A stretch of DNA of 64,000 nucleotides from Cenococcum geophilum (lineage: Eukaryota): contig CP158635.1 of assembly GCA_050273025.1 (NCBI GenBank), positions 30,194,001-30,258,000 on the forward strand, read 5' to 3'. Under the pieces are notes generated by a model. That model ran no database searches. It worked only from the letters and a program-made list of their open reading frames with translations, and was not told the origin of the DNA. Positions 35,967 to 48,117 of the stretch are shown piece by piece. Numbering within the stretch: position 1 is the stretch's first letter; every line of letters begins with the position of its first letter. The translations under genes were made by a program, and so were the position numbers.

Positions 35967-36712
35967 AATAAGTAACGATATTAACTAAATTAATTAGACG
36001 GATATTACACCTCTAGTAAACAACTTAGAGATGTTTGGAATCTTTAAGGACGAAGATAAAAAGGAGGGAGATAGTGTTACGGACGCTTTAAGTACGATAT
36101 TATAACTACTTAGAGAAGAGTTAGAAGAAGCTAGTTGGTTAATATAAGCACAGTCTAGAATGGAACCCGTGGAACTATATAACGAGAAATGGTAAGTAGA
36201 GTTATATAATATAATCTATATAATCTATGTAATCTATAAGATCTGTAATAGAGTAAACAGAGCAGACAGAGTAGATAGAGCAACGACTTTCTTAGGAGTA
36301 CGGTTGTGTATTTAAGGACCCTTAGTCCCTACCTAGATAGTTCCTTCCTTATAGTGATTCTCAGAATATAATTAAAGTTAATCTGTTAGGCAACCACTCC
36401 ACCAGTTATTATTACGTTGTTGATTTAATTTGCTTTACCTATATACCTAGCCCAATAACGAACCTACCGTAGTACTTACTATAAGGTTCCGTTACACTAG
36501 TACCTTTCTAGTAGGGTTAGTATACTTTTTTAGTACTAAGGCTTCCTTAATATTAGCTATTATAACAGCGAAGATTGTATATTTAGGTTTCTTAGTAAGC
36601 TAAGCTAGTAGAGTAGCTCCAATTATATAGATATTTAGGGTATTAAGCTTGCTTGGGTTATCTATAGTTTCTTATATAATTTCTTGTTTAGCTTTAGGTT
36701 TAGTATTAGGTA

Positions 36713-38762
36713 TAGTAAAAACTGGTTAGTATGATACGGTTTGTACGGCCAAGCGTATTGTTATATTAAGGGTATTATTATATTTAATATTTGTACGTCA
36801 AACACACCAAAAGCTAAAATTGGGTAATGATATCTTATATTTACATGCCCGACGTCAAAATTGAGCGATTCGCTACACTAAAATAAGTCATAATCGTCTT
36901 TTGTTTGGTATTGCGAGCTCGTCAGCCTTAAATTCAACGTTCGTGCCTTATAAGACTTGTAATTAAATCTCTTTTACCATCTTCTTATTGTTCCTTATAG
37001 AGACAAAGCTTTTGTAAGGCTTGTAAAGCCTTATTAAGCTTTATTTAAGGTTATTTGGAGTTATCCTTATCCGTTTCTACATCGCGATCGGGCCCTATAT
37101 AGAGCTCTGCTACTTGCTCAATAAGATCCTTAGCTAAATCCTCTACTTCCTTACCTAGAAGCTTAATAAAATTCCGAATATTTATGACGTTACGAATTCT
37201 TCCTACTATATGCAACTGTTCTGCCATCTGCTACATCTTATCTAAAAGGGGAGGATCTATATAATCGCGAGGGCGACGCTGCGGGCCTTCTTTAAAACTA
37301 AATAAGGTAGATTTAATAAAGCAACCCTTAATCGTCTATGGTGTAACTTCCTTCTAAGCAGCGATTGCCCATTAAATCGCCTAAAGGACGTGTATCTGCT
37401 TAATTGGATCTTAGTTTTCCAAAGTACGTTCTACTATAAACTGTAACTAATATCGTTAGTAAAGAGCCTTAAAGTTAGCAATTATTCCTTAATTAAGTGG
37501 TTGGTAAACTAAGGTATAATTAGGAGGAAGGAACTCGACTCTTATATTCTTTAAAGATTTGTTTTCGAGAGCCGTTTAAACAGCTACTTCGTGAGCGCTA
37601 AAGCCGTTAATTAGTAGAAGGACCTTTTTATTTTATATCCTTTTATTAAACTAGGTAAGCTACTTAAGTATAATTACAGTCGTTATCTAAGCCTTCTTAT
37701 TATGCCTCTAATGCATATTTAGCGAATTAATATTAACGCGAGCTTGCGCAAAGCAACGTGGCCGCATTAAGGCACTAATAATCCAGAGAGGAATCTTATT
37801 AGAGCCATCTGTGTTAGAGCAATTGGCGAGGGATAATCTTGCCTTCTGCTTTTTGGTTCCTAATTATAACTTAATAGCCAATATAGTATCTAGTATAGCC
37901 TTCTAATATAGCCCTGTCTTATCTATATTGTATACATCCTTTAAAGGATAAGGCGCAATAATTGTATAAAGCTCTATTATATAATCTTCGGCGCCTTCTA
38001 TATTAACTAACGCAGCCTCGCCATATTGCTTTCTTTTGCGAATTCCGTTATAAGATTTAAAGCCTTTTAACCAGCCAATTGACCACTTAGGCTCTAGTAA
38101 TTCAACCAATGTAGGTATACGACACCATAATTAAGAGGCGGCAGCACGAATAAGATCGCCGGTAATAGGAATACGAGAGTTCTATAGGCGTTGGTGCCAC
38201 TCAAAAAGCACCTCCTCTAAGAGAGGTTGCTCGGCGTCTCTTTTGCGCTCGCGTACACCCCGCCCATAACGGATTTTGATTAAATCTAGGTTGTTAAACT
38301 TATCGCTAAGTATTTTAGATATCGAGGATTAATTAAACTTATGGCGGAAGGCGTCAGTAGCCCAATTTGCAAGTTGCCTTTGCATAAGGTAAGGATGTTC
38401 GCGGTAGTAGATGCGAATCTTCTGACGCTCGTAGTCAGAAATACCGTAACAACGACGTCTTATAGGATTTTGGTGTCCCGCCATATTAAAGAGGTAGGAT
38501 TTAGTATAGAGAATAAGATCTAAGGGCAATTTTGATAGAATTTAATCGTTGTGTAATAGATTTAATGGCTAAACTAGCGGTAAGGAAAGGCCGGATCTGC
38601 TCTATAAAATACTAGCTATACCAATTTTGGTAAGGGAACTTAACGATATTATTAAAAGGTTAGAATATCGTAATATTACACCAATTTTTTTTGATTAAGG
38701 GTGTAGATCGTAATATAGAGTATATCGTTGTAATTAGATATCGTACTAACCAGTTTTTACTG
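36713..38762 (-). mobile_element. Tc1/mariner superfamily pogo/Tigger-type transposon
   Basis: 24-bp TIRs (CAGTAAAAACTGGTTAGTACGATA; left copy has two RIP changes); TA TSD at 36711-36712 and 38763-38764. Confidence 0.93.
36841..38484 (-). pseudogene. pogo/CENP-B-like DDE transposase (548 codons) with RIP stops
   Basis: Two HTH regions (QRQLANWA..F..KFN.SSISKIL; LEEVLFEW..IPITGDLIR..GWLKGFK), YN(M)D(E)TGLY(W), LLI(D)GFSAH and QPLDQGII-like motifs. Confidence 0.9.
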
Positions 38763-39163
38763 TATAGGGTTAGTATTTAATTTAAGTTCGGGTTCTTTAA
38801 GTATCCTTTTTATAATAGAATACCAGTTCTTCTAGTACTTTTATATATTAAGCTTAAGCCTCTATTTAGTTTAGGGCGGTATAGTAGTTAGGATAAGTTT
38901 ATATAGTTTAGTATAATTTCTAAGTCCTTAGTAGACGTTGGTGGAAATCTTATACCAGTAGAATTTAGTGGAATTTTTGGGTTAGTAGAATTAAGTAGAT
39001 TCCTTAGGCGTGGGGTGGATATTAGTAAAAATCTTAGGCTAATAGATTTTAGTGGATTTCCTAGATTTTAGTTTAGGGCTAGGGCGGTATATTATAGAGT
39101 ATTCCTACTTGTAGTGCAGGGCAGTAAATAGAAGCTTAAGGTTATCCTAATTAATAACTACTC

Positions 39164-42100
39164 TAAGCCTCCTCACTTATTAAATAAACGAACGATTGAC
39201 CCCGGTTAATAAACATACCCAACTAATAAACAAACTAATGAATTAAATTAAAAGTTCGGAACGTCTAAATAAGGTTTTGCTAAGGCGCTAACTAGACCCC
39301 TAACCTAGACCCTTTCTAAACTATTAAAATTCCTGAAATAACAACCACGAGCGAATTAAAGATTAACTTTATCCTTAACCAGCTATCTAATTGAATTTAA
39401 CGGTTCTTTATTATCTAAGACACTGCTAAAACTAATAAGGTATAGCAGTATATCAACCTATCTAAGAAAGATGAGCTTCTAAAGCTAGAATAACTAAAAC
39501 GGCCTATACTAACAGACGTACTACCTATGGCTATATCGATAGCTCAACTAAACTAAAACTAGCTTACTGTTTATAACTAGCTCTATGCCGAATATAAGGA
39601 CGATCTCCGTGTATACTAGAAGCAAGAATAGGCTATAAATAACATTAGCAACTACATTGTTCGCTCTATATTAGTAGTCTACCTTCTCCTTATTAATGGC
39701 CTTAAAATAGTACACAAACGGCTTTAAGTATTAAAGACTGCACTTGCCCCTACTACCTTAAGTTAAAAGTATAACGTCCTTAATATACGGCTCTAAAAGC
39801 CTATAATAAAAAGCAGAGCATTAATAAATGGCTAAATAGCTAGCGGAACGTCTACAAGCTTGTGGAATAATTAGAGCTACTAGACGTACAGGGATTTAGG
39901 CCATACTACGATTTTATATAAGCCATTAAGCCTATCTCTTCTAGCTTTATAGGAGTACTAAAAGTAGACCTTATTAGGAAAGAACAGAAGGACAAAGACA
40001 TCTTATCTATTATTAATCTAATTAAGGAATTTAAGGAGCACTACCATAATCAGTAAGCATCTCCTACAACTACTGCTGATAACTCTACATTTGCAACCCT
40101 TTAAAATAATTCTAATTTAGATTCTAACGTTAGTTCCAATTCTAACAGTAATCTAAATTTAAATTCGAAACGGAATAAGGAATATATATGCGGCCTTAAA
40201 TATTAGTTTAGTAACTACTACTATACCGCTAAGCAGAAGCACCCTTAAGGTCAGAGACTAAAGCCAGACGTCTAGAAAGAAGTAGATAAAAAGATCTTAT
40301 CTATACCTTAGATTAAATGTATAGTTAATTGTATCCGAAAAGGAGAATAGGAAGTAAAAAAGGATATAGAATCTGTGATTGATTTTAACACCAAAACCCC
40401 ACCTTCTACAACACCGACCAGCTATACTGCCGTATTTAGTACTAGTTAAATTCTATTTAAACTCTAGAACACTTAGATACTTAATCCTAGTATAGATACC
40501 CACGTCTATAACAACGAAGAAGACTTTACCTTCTCCTACCTAGTAGCAGAAGACGACTACCTAATTGCTAGCGGAAATTTTAAGAAATTTTAAGCCTATG
40601 GAATAGTAACTATTACTATTAATACACCTACTAGGAAGTTAAAAATAAAGCTATCCTATATAGTACTAGCACCTACCTTTTTTAAAAATATTATAGCACT
40701 CTTAAGAGCTACTAATAACGATATCTATTTTGTCTTAGGACGAAACTTATTATACCGGCTAGTAACTTGCAAAATAGTCTACTATGCGAAACAATTAGGG
40801 GGCTACTAGGCACTAACGCATAGAGAGCTAACGAATACCCTAGATTTAATAACTTAATTAACCCTCTTAATAAGAAGATTCTAGCTAAGCCGAATGGCCC
40901 GTAAACTAGTTAGAGCTATAGCTACTAAATAGTATAAAATTCTCGGTTGTGCAGGACCTAACGCTATTGAGTAGCTTCCGAAGTACGTTAATGGCGTAGA
41001 GCTAGCCAAAGAACGAGCACCGCTTAAAATTAAATATAAAATTTGCTTATTAGTAAAGAATACGCAGCAGATCTCTTATAGACGAGAATATGAATATCTA
41101 GCCACTCGACCATTTAAACGGCTAGTATTTAATATTATTGACCTTAGAGTACGTAGATATAACGGCGATAGATATATTATACATTTCTATTGCACGTATT
41201 CTAAATTAAATTTTATATTTACCTCTAGGAATAAGGATAAAGCTACTATCCTACCTACTATCTAAAGGACTTACTGTTTAATTAAAATACGATTCCACTA
41301 AGTCGTTATTTTCTTCCAGAGCGATAACTTATTTAGATAAATGGGAGATACCCTATAGACATAGTGTGCAGACAAAGGCATTACCTTTAAATGCTGAGCA
41401 CTATATACTAAGGGACAAAATGGCGGAGCTAAATGATCTAGACGAACCCTTGTAGAATAATTAAGGGCTACACAGCTAGAAGTATCCTTTCCTCTATCTC
41501 TGGGACTAGAAGCTTTTCTTACTACTAGCTACGCACTTAATTAAACCATAAATAAGTAACTAGGGTAGAAAACTCCATATAAGATCGCCTACAGCAAGTC
41601 GCCATTACTTGCCTATATACATGTATATGGTTACAAGACCTATATACTGGACAAATAAGTTAAAAAGGGAGATAAGCTAGCTCCTTATATATCGATTAGA
41701 TACCTAGTCAACTATAATTTAACTAATATTTACTAAATCTAGATTCTAACCCTTTACAAAGTTATTTAAACCAGAGACGTTATATTTAACGAGACCTCGT
41801 TCTATAACCCTAAGGGTTAAGATATTAACTACCTGCTAAGGAAAGCATTAGAGGATACTATCTAGGCGATTGGTCTATTAGAACCTCTTAAAGATAAATC
41901 TAAGGATAAATCTATCCTATATAGACCTACCTTAAATGTAGATTAAACGATTTAGTAGAGCTTCCTATAAAGGACGGTAAATAATTACCGGCTCCTAGTA
42001 AAACGGTATCTCCAGATCTGTTAGAATTAAATACCTTATTATAAGGACTTTAAGACGATATCTTAGATATAATTGAAGTAATTCCTACCCAGTTAAGCAG

Positions 42101-44257
42101 TTTACTAGAACCACTAAATACCGCTCCGCGAGCTAATAAAGTCTTAGCTAAACCTTCTACCGACCTTATCCTACTAGAAGGATCTAAACGAATTCGACGT
42201 TAAGTATATTTAGTAGCACTAGCCAATCTATCTACCCTATTTAGTTACTATGCTAGCTTTACTACAGGACTAGTAAAGGATATTAACTAAACTAGATCCT
42301 TATCTCTATATCGAGAAAGTCTTCCTCCTAAACCAAAGAATCTTAAAAAACTAAGAAAGTATTCATTAACTACTGGCTTTTAAAAGGTTATAGAAAAAGA
42401 ATACAACGGTCTAAAACGCTAAGGGATATTTAAGACTGTACTGAAAGAAGAAGCAAGTAATAAGTAGATCTTTTTACTAAAATAGGTCTTTAAATATAAG
42501 CTTAATAGCAACGGTTAAGTTTTAAAAGTTAAAAGCTTAACTATATGTCTGCGGAGATCTGTAGATTACCAAAGAAGAAACCTATACAGCAACCCTAGCT
42601 ACTCGAATATTCCATGCCCTTATAGCTATAGCAGCCGCATTTAATTTAGAAATTTAATAGTATAACGTTGTAAACGCGTTTATAAATACTAGACTAGACA
42701 AGCCAGTCTACTATTACTGCCTAGAAGGATTTAATTAAAATAGATATATCCTAGAGTTACTTATAGCGCTATACGGATTAAAAATCTTTCTATTACTTTG
42801 GTATAAGGAACTTACTAGTATACTAGCTAAATTTGGATTAAAGCCTGTTCTAGGTACCAACTGCCTATTTACTAATGGACCACTTATTGTCTTCTTCTAC
42901 GTAGACGATATTGCCATTCTATTTAATAAGAAGGACCTTTTAAGACTTAAAGAATTTAAAGTAAAACTGCTGCACTGATATAAGATCCGTGTACTAGGAG
43001 ACCTATAGTGGTTTTTAAGAATCCGAATTAAACGAGATCGACTAGATTACAAAATCTAGCTCTGCTAAGACTCCTATATTAAAAAGATAGCTAGTTAATT
43101 CAATATTTAGCTAGAAAGGTTCCTTAAAACACTACTACCTGCTAAACTAATTCTGTTCAACTAGTAGACAAACCCTTAAAGAATACTAGCCTATTAGTAA
43201 TGGGCTAGTTCTCTTATATACCTTACCGTATTTAGAAGACCTAATATTACTAAGACGCATTCTAAGCTAGCCGAATTCCTTACCAATCTAAATTAATAGC
43301 ACCTCGATGCAGCAAACTAAGCAATTGCCTATTGTCTTAGAACAAAATCTACAGCTATTAAATACTCTGCCAAAGTATTTGGAGTATACGTATACTTTAG
43401 AAACCCTAAAAGAGAAGACGTTACCTTTTACGGGGCATCTAATATAGTATTTATAAACTATAAAAGGACTAAACGGAGCTCTTAAGGATACCTATTTACG
43501 CTATTTGGAGGACTAATCGATTGGAAGACGACCCTATAGCAATTAGTAATTCGTTTAACTACTAAAGCAGAACTTCTCTCCCTATTTACTGCTGCTGTTA
43601 AGATTATCTAGTGGCAACGTTTCTTTAAGGCAATCGGCTTTAATTTAGAGCGCGAATTTACCCTACTATGCGATAATATATAGACCGTACGCCTACTAAG
43701 ATAGGATATACCAAAACTTAATACTAAGCTTCGACATATTAATATCTATTAGTATTAGCTTAGACAGGAAGTCCAAGACAAAAAGATTAACGCATAATGG
43801 ATTTCTATAGACAAAATGCCTACCAATAGCCTTACTAAAATCTTACCTTGTTAAAAGTACGAAGCTTAGATAAAGCAATTGAATTTAGTAGATATTTAAG
43901 ATTAGATTAATTGATTTTATTTGCAATATCCGTTATAGTCACCCTATCCTTTTACTACTCCCAAATTGTATCTAAATCTCCTATTTTGGTATAGTTTTTA
44001 CCTTCATTTGTTTTCTACAGCTTTTACTATACTGTTAAATCTAGGGGGGTATGTAACTGACTACTAGTACTATGCCAAAACACCTATATATTACCTGCGT
44101 ATCGCCTATATAATACTTGCGTATTACGCTGTTTTAGTTACGTATTAGTCTCCCCTTTTATTTATTTCTATACCTTCCTTATATATATAAAGAGGCTTTA
44201 GAGCTACATTTTATAATTAAGTCGCTCGTTTAATACCTACACACTGCAAAGCTTACA
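39164..44257 (+). mobile_element. Ty1/Copia retrotransposon (family D) lacking its 5' LTR
   Basis: gag, protease WIL(D).G.DTHV, pre-integrase W(H)KILG, RT FYVDD (~42895) and RNase H LRHI(D)I(H); PPT AGGGGGG; 3' LTR at 44052-44257. Confidence 0.9.
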
Positions 44258-44807
44258 CTATATATAGCTTTAAGAAGTATAACTAGGCTTTATACTAAGT
44301 TTAGCTAAAGGGGTTTAATAAGGTTAGCTACCTTTCCTCCTAGCTAACTTAGTGCGTAGCAGAGTTGGTTAGCTTTAGTTAAGTAACGGTTAGTATTACT
44401 AGTTAGCTTATTTTTAAGCTGGCTTAGAAAAAATTAGAGCTCTTATTATTTACTAGTAGATACTAGGGGATCTAGTAGTTATTTAAATCGTTATAATGCA
44501 GTAGTCGGCTTAGAGTAAGTAACTACTATAGGTTTAGGGCTTACGGTCCGCGTATTTATCTCTAAAGATAGCGTTTAGTCTTAAGGTCCTAGCGTAGGCA
44601 TCTTAAGGGTATAGACTTCTTTTTAGAGGTCCTTCGTTAATTACCCGTGTTATGCCCCTTGTTTAGCTTATTATTAATTTAAAATAGCTTAGTTCTATAT
44701 AAGGGCGTCTATAAAAGACTTTTATATCCCTACTAATTGTTTTTAGAATGCGAATATAATACCGGCGGCCGTTATAAGGGCTTTAAGTTCGTTTTATATG
44801 TTAATAG

Positions 44808-45158
44808 TATTACAGAGTAAATATAAGCGACGATAATATATACTGAGGTAGATATTATTAAGCTATATATATAAACTGTATAATAAGGTCAAGACATTAT
44901 ATAAGGGGAGAAAGGGTATATATCGTTAGCTTAGTTGCCTGGTTAATACATATATAGGATAGAATAGGATTTAGGGAGTAGTCCTAGTAGAACTTAGTAG
45001 GATTTAGTAAAACTTAGCGGAATATAGCAGAATATAGTAGATTGCCATCAGATTACCGCAGATTGCTATTAGATTACTATCTCGTGGTCGGTCTCTAGTT
45101 GCTAAGTTAGTAGAAATAGGTAGATGTGTATAAGGTATTATAGGAGTATTTTATAATA
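44808..45158 (-). repeat. Family A 5' LTR
   Basis: Direct repeat of 7302-7670 with a ~19-bp internal deletion. Confidence 0.88.
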
Positions 45159-45969
45159 CTCTATAAGATAGGGTTTAAACTACTTTAATATCTAACCTAA
45201 TAGGAATAGTCCTATATACGCTACTTAATCCACTAGTTCTACTAGCTTAGTTCCTTTATGCTAAAGTTTTAGTCTTATTTATATAAGGAATCCTTTTAAC
45301 TTATATTTTTCTTCTATAAACCTTTTAATTAATAGCATTTTAATCTTTTCTCTCTTTATATCTTATAGTTGTTAAAATAGTATTTAATTATTAGTATCGT
45401 TCTAGTCTACAATGCTTTTAAGCTAGTTTGTTATAACTACTTATAAGTTATTATCCCTTATACTAGTATCTCCCCTAGATCATAAAGTAGTTGCCGCCGT
45501 TAATAGCGTTATAGCTACTACTTTATATAGCATATTATTTAACTTTATTAATACTGTAACTAGGTAGTAAATATATAATAAAGCCTTATAGGAAATACTA
45601 CGGTAGACTTATTAATAGGCTAGGTATATAAGTAAATAAGGAGTTAATAATATAAATATAACTAGTAGAGTAGGTTGCCTAAAATAGATTAACTCTAATT
45701 ATATTCTAAGATTTACTATAAAGAAAAGAACTATCTAAGTAGGGATTATAGTCCTTTAAGTATATTAATACGTTACTATATTAGTATATCTACTACGTTT
45801 CCACGTTCCTATATTTCTATATTCTAAGCTTATAATATAACAAGCTATATAACTCGGTTACCCCATATTCTATAGCTTAATCGGTTTTAGCGCCTCTTAT
45901 ACTATCTTAACCAACCCATTTATATCTCCTCTTAGTAGTGCTACTACTATTAATATAAGGTCCGTAATA
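45159..45969 (-). mobile_element. B0 gag start and 5' LTR (45574-45969)
   Basis: Reverse complement homologous to 28876-29295; the LTR is of the same subfamily as 55526-56076. Confidence 0.85.
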
Positions 45970-46039
45970 TAATGTGTAAATCTTTATAAAGATTAATCTA
46001 AGATAGGTATACTATTAAATTAAAATTAGGGAAGGTAAC

Positions 46040-46266
46040 TGTCTGTACGAGTAGAGGTTATAAATATTGTTACTAGATAAATGGCGTGGAGCGTATGCGG
46101 CAGGGGCTGTATGCGTAGCGTAGGTCACCTGACTACTTACGGCCCGATAGATAGCCCGACCTTTACTACCCCTTTCTTTCTCCTTTGGTAGACGAGAAGA
46201 CACGAATCAATCAAGAACCAGTTACCTTATATTGCAATTGCAGTACCCCCCCAGGTGACACCGACA
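46040..46266. repeat. Solo LTR (227 bp) of a family not otherwise present in the window
   Basis: TGTC...GACA termini and TSD GTAAC; removal restores the RT motif EG(D)EW.AAF. Confidence 0.85.
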
Positions 46267-48117
46267 GTAACAAATAGAGGGTAGCCTTTAGATTAAAGGA
46301 AGGACTATATAAGCCGTTAATTATATAATTCGGACTTATAAATATACTAGTAACATTTTAAAAGCGAATTAATAGTATATTAAGAGAACACCTTAATAAA
46401 TTTATTATAGTATATTTTGATATTATTATTATCTATTTAATAAATAACGAAGAATATAGGGAATATATTTAATAGGTCTTAAAGAGACTATAGAAAGAAT
46501 AAATACTAGGAGTAATTAAGAAATGTAAGTTCTTTACTAAGAAGACTAATTTTATTATATTTATTATTAAACTAGGTTATATTAGCATAGACCTAAAGAA
46601 AATTAAAGCTATAGTAGGTTAATAAGAACTAGCGAATATAATATAGTTAAGATTATTTTCAGGGGTTTGTAACTACTATAAGATATTATTGCGTAATAGT
46701 TAAAGAATATTAAACCTTTTATAAGGCCAATAAAGAAAGAGGAACTATAGATATAGAGGGAAAACTAAGATAGTTATTTTAGGAACTAATCCTTAAAATC
46801 TACTAACTAAAGCTAGAGGTAGTTGTGAAAACAGATATATTAAACTTTGCACTAGGAGTATATTTACTATAAAAGTATTAGAACGCATAGTACCTAGTAA
46901 TATACTATAATTAAAAAATAACACTACTGGAACTAAACTATAATATCTATAATAAGAAGTTACTAGATACAGTTATAGTACTTAAGGAATAAAGAGGATT
47001 CTTAGAAGGCATAAATAAGCTATTTATAGTTAAAATAGATTATAAGAATCTAATAGGGTTCTTAATAATAAAGGAACTTAATTATAAACAGGTTAAATAG
47101 GTAGAGATGCTTATAAAATACTATTTTAAATTTTAGTATATTAAGGATATAGAAAATATAAGGGTAGACGTACTAAGTAAGACAGCTAAATAAAAAAAAT
47201 ACTAAAAAACTATTAGGAGCTATATTGCGAAACAACAAAGATGGATAAATTAGGTATAATTATTTAAAGATTATAGCAACTTAAGAAGAACGGATCTATA
47301 AGGTACTAAAGGGCATATAGTTTTGGAATATTTAAGAGGTATAGGGTAAGGATCTAGACTTAGAGTAATATAGAAACTAAGGAGCTTTATAAAAGAGTTT
47401 ATTAAAGATTTCTATAGAAGAATAATATAAGAATACAACAAAGCTATAGGTTTAGTATTAAGACTTTAAAAGAAGTATATTATTTAGGGAATTTAAAGCT
47501 GAGCAAAATAAGTTATAAAGAAATATTTAGATTACTAGAGAAATAAACTAATAAGGTATAAACTATATAGAGGGCTACAACCTATTAAGACGCTAGAATA
47601 TCTATAGAAGATAATATTATAGGACTTTATTATAAAGTTGCTAATGTTAAAAAATCTTATTACCGGATAGAATTATAATATAATCCTAGTAATAGTAGAC
47701 AAGTTAATTAAATAGGGCTATTTTATGGTATATATAAAAGAAATCTTAGCGGAAGATATAGCTAGAATCTATATTAAGGAAGTATTTATAAGATATAGAG
47801 CACTAATAAATATTATATTAAACAGGGATTTAACATTCGTAGCAGTATTTTAAAAGGTTTTTTTTTTGCGAAATAAGGGGTTTATATAGTAATATTAATA
47901 GTATATTACCTATAAACGGATAGCTAAATAGAAAGATTAAGTTAGACACTAAAGTAGTATTTAAAATACTATATTAATTATATATAGAATAATTAGGTAT
48001 TACTACTACTAGTTATATAGTTTGTATATAATATAATAGCATAAAAAGGAATTAGGCTATTACTATTTAAGATAAATTCTGGATATAGGCTAAGAATATT
48101 ATTACTACTATAATAAG

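Larger units (their letters stand above)
28454..36496 (+). mobile_element. Full-length chromodomain Gypsy family B copy B1 (8043 bp)
   Basis: 422-bp LTRs at 28454-28875 and 36075-36496; perfect TSD CTAGT; PPT at ~36056-36074; gag from ATG 28920 and pol to ~35361. Confidence 0.95.
7302..45158 (-). mobile_element. Composite family A Gypsy element hosting ~30 kb of nested insertions
   Basis: LTRs at 7302-7670 and 44808-45158. Flanks CTTCG and CTCTA both derive by RIP from a CTCCG 5-bp TSD in B0 gag. Internal pieces at 7671-8307, 13481-14064, 26516-28453, 36502-36712, 38765-39163 and 44258-44807. Confidence 0.8.

Noticed and set aside
46068..46272. Alternative solo-LTR boundaries TGTTACT...AGTAACA
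   Set aside because: The TSD is imperfect; 46040-46266 gives a perfect GTAAC TSD and restores the RT frame.
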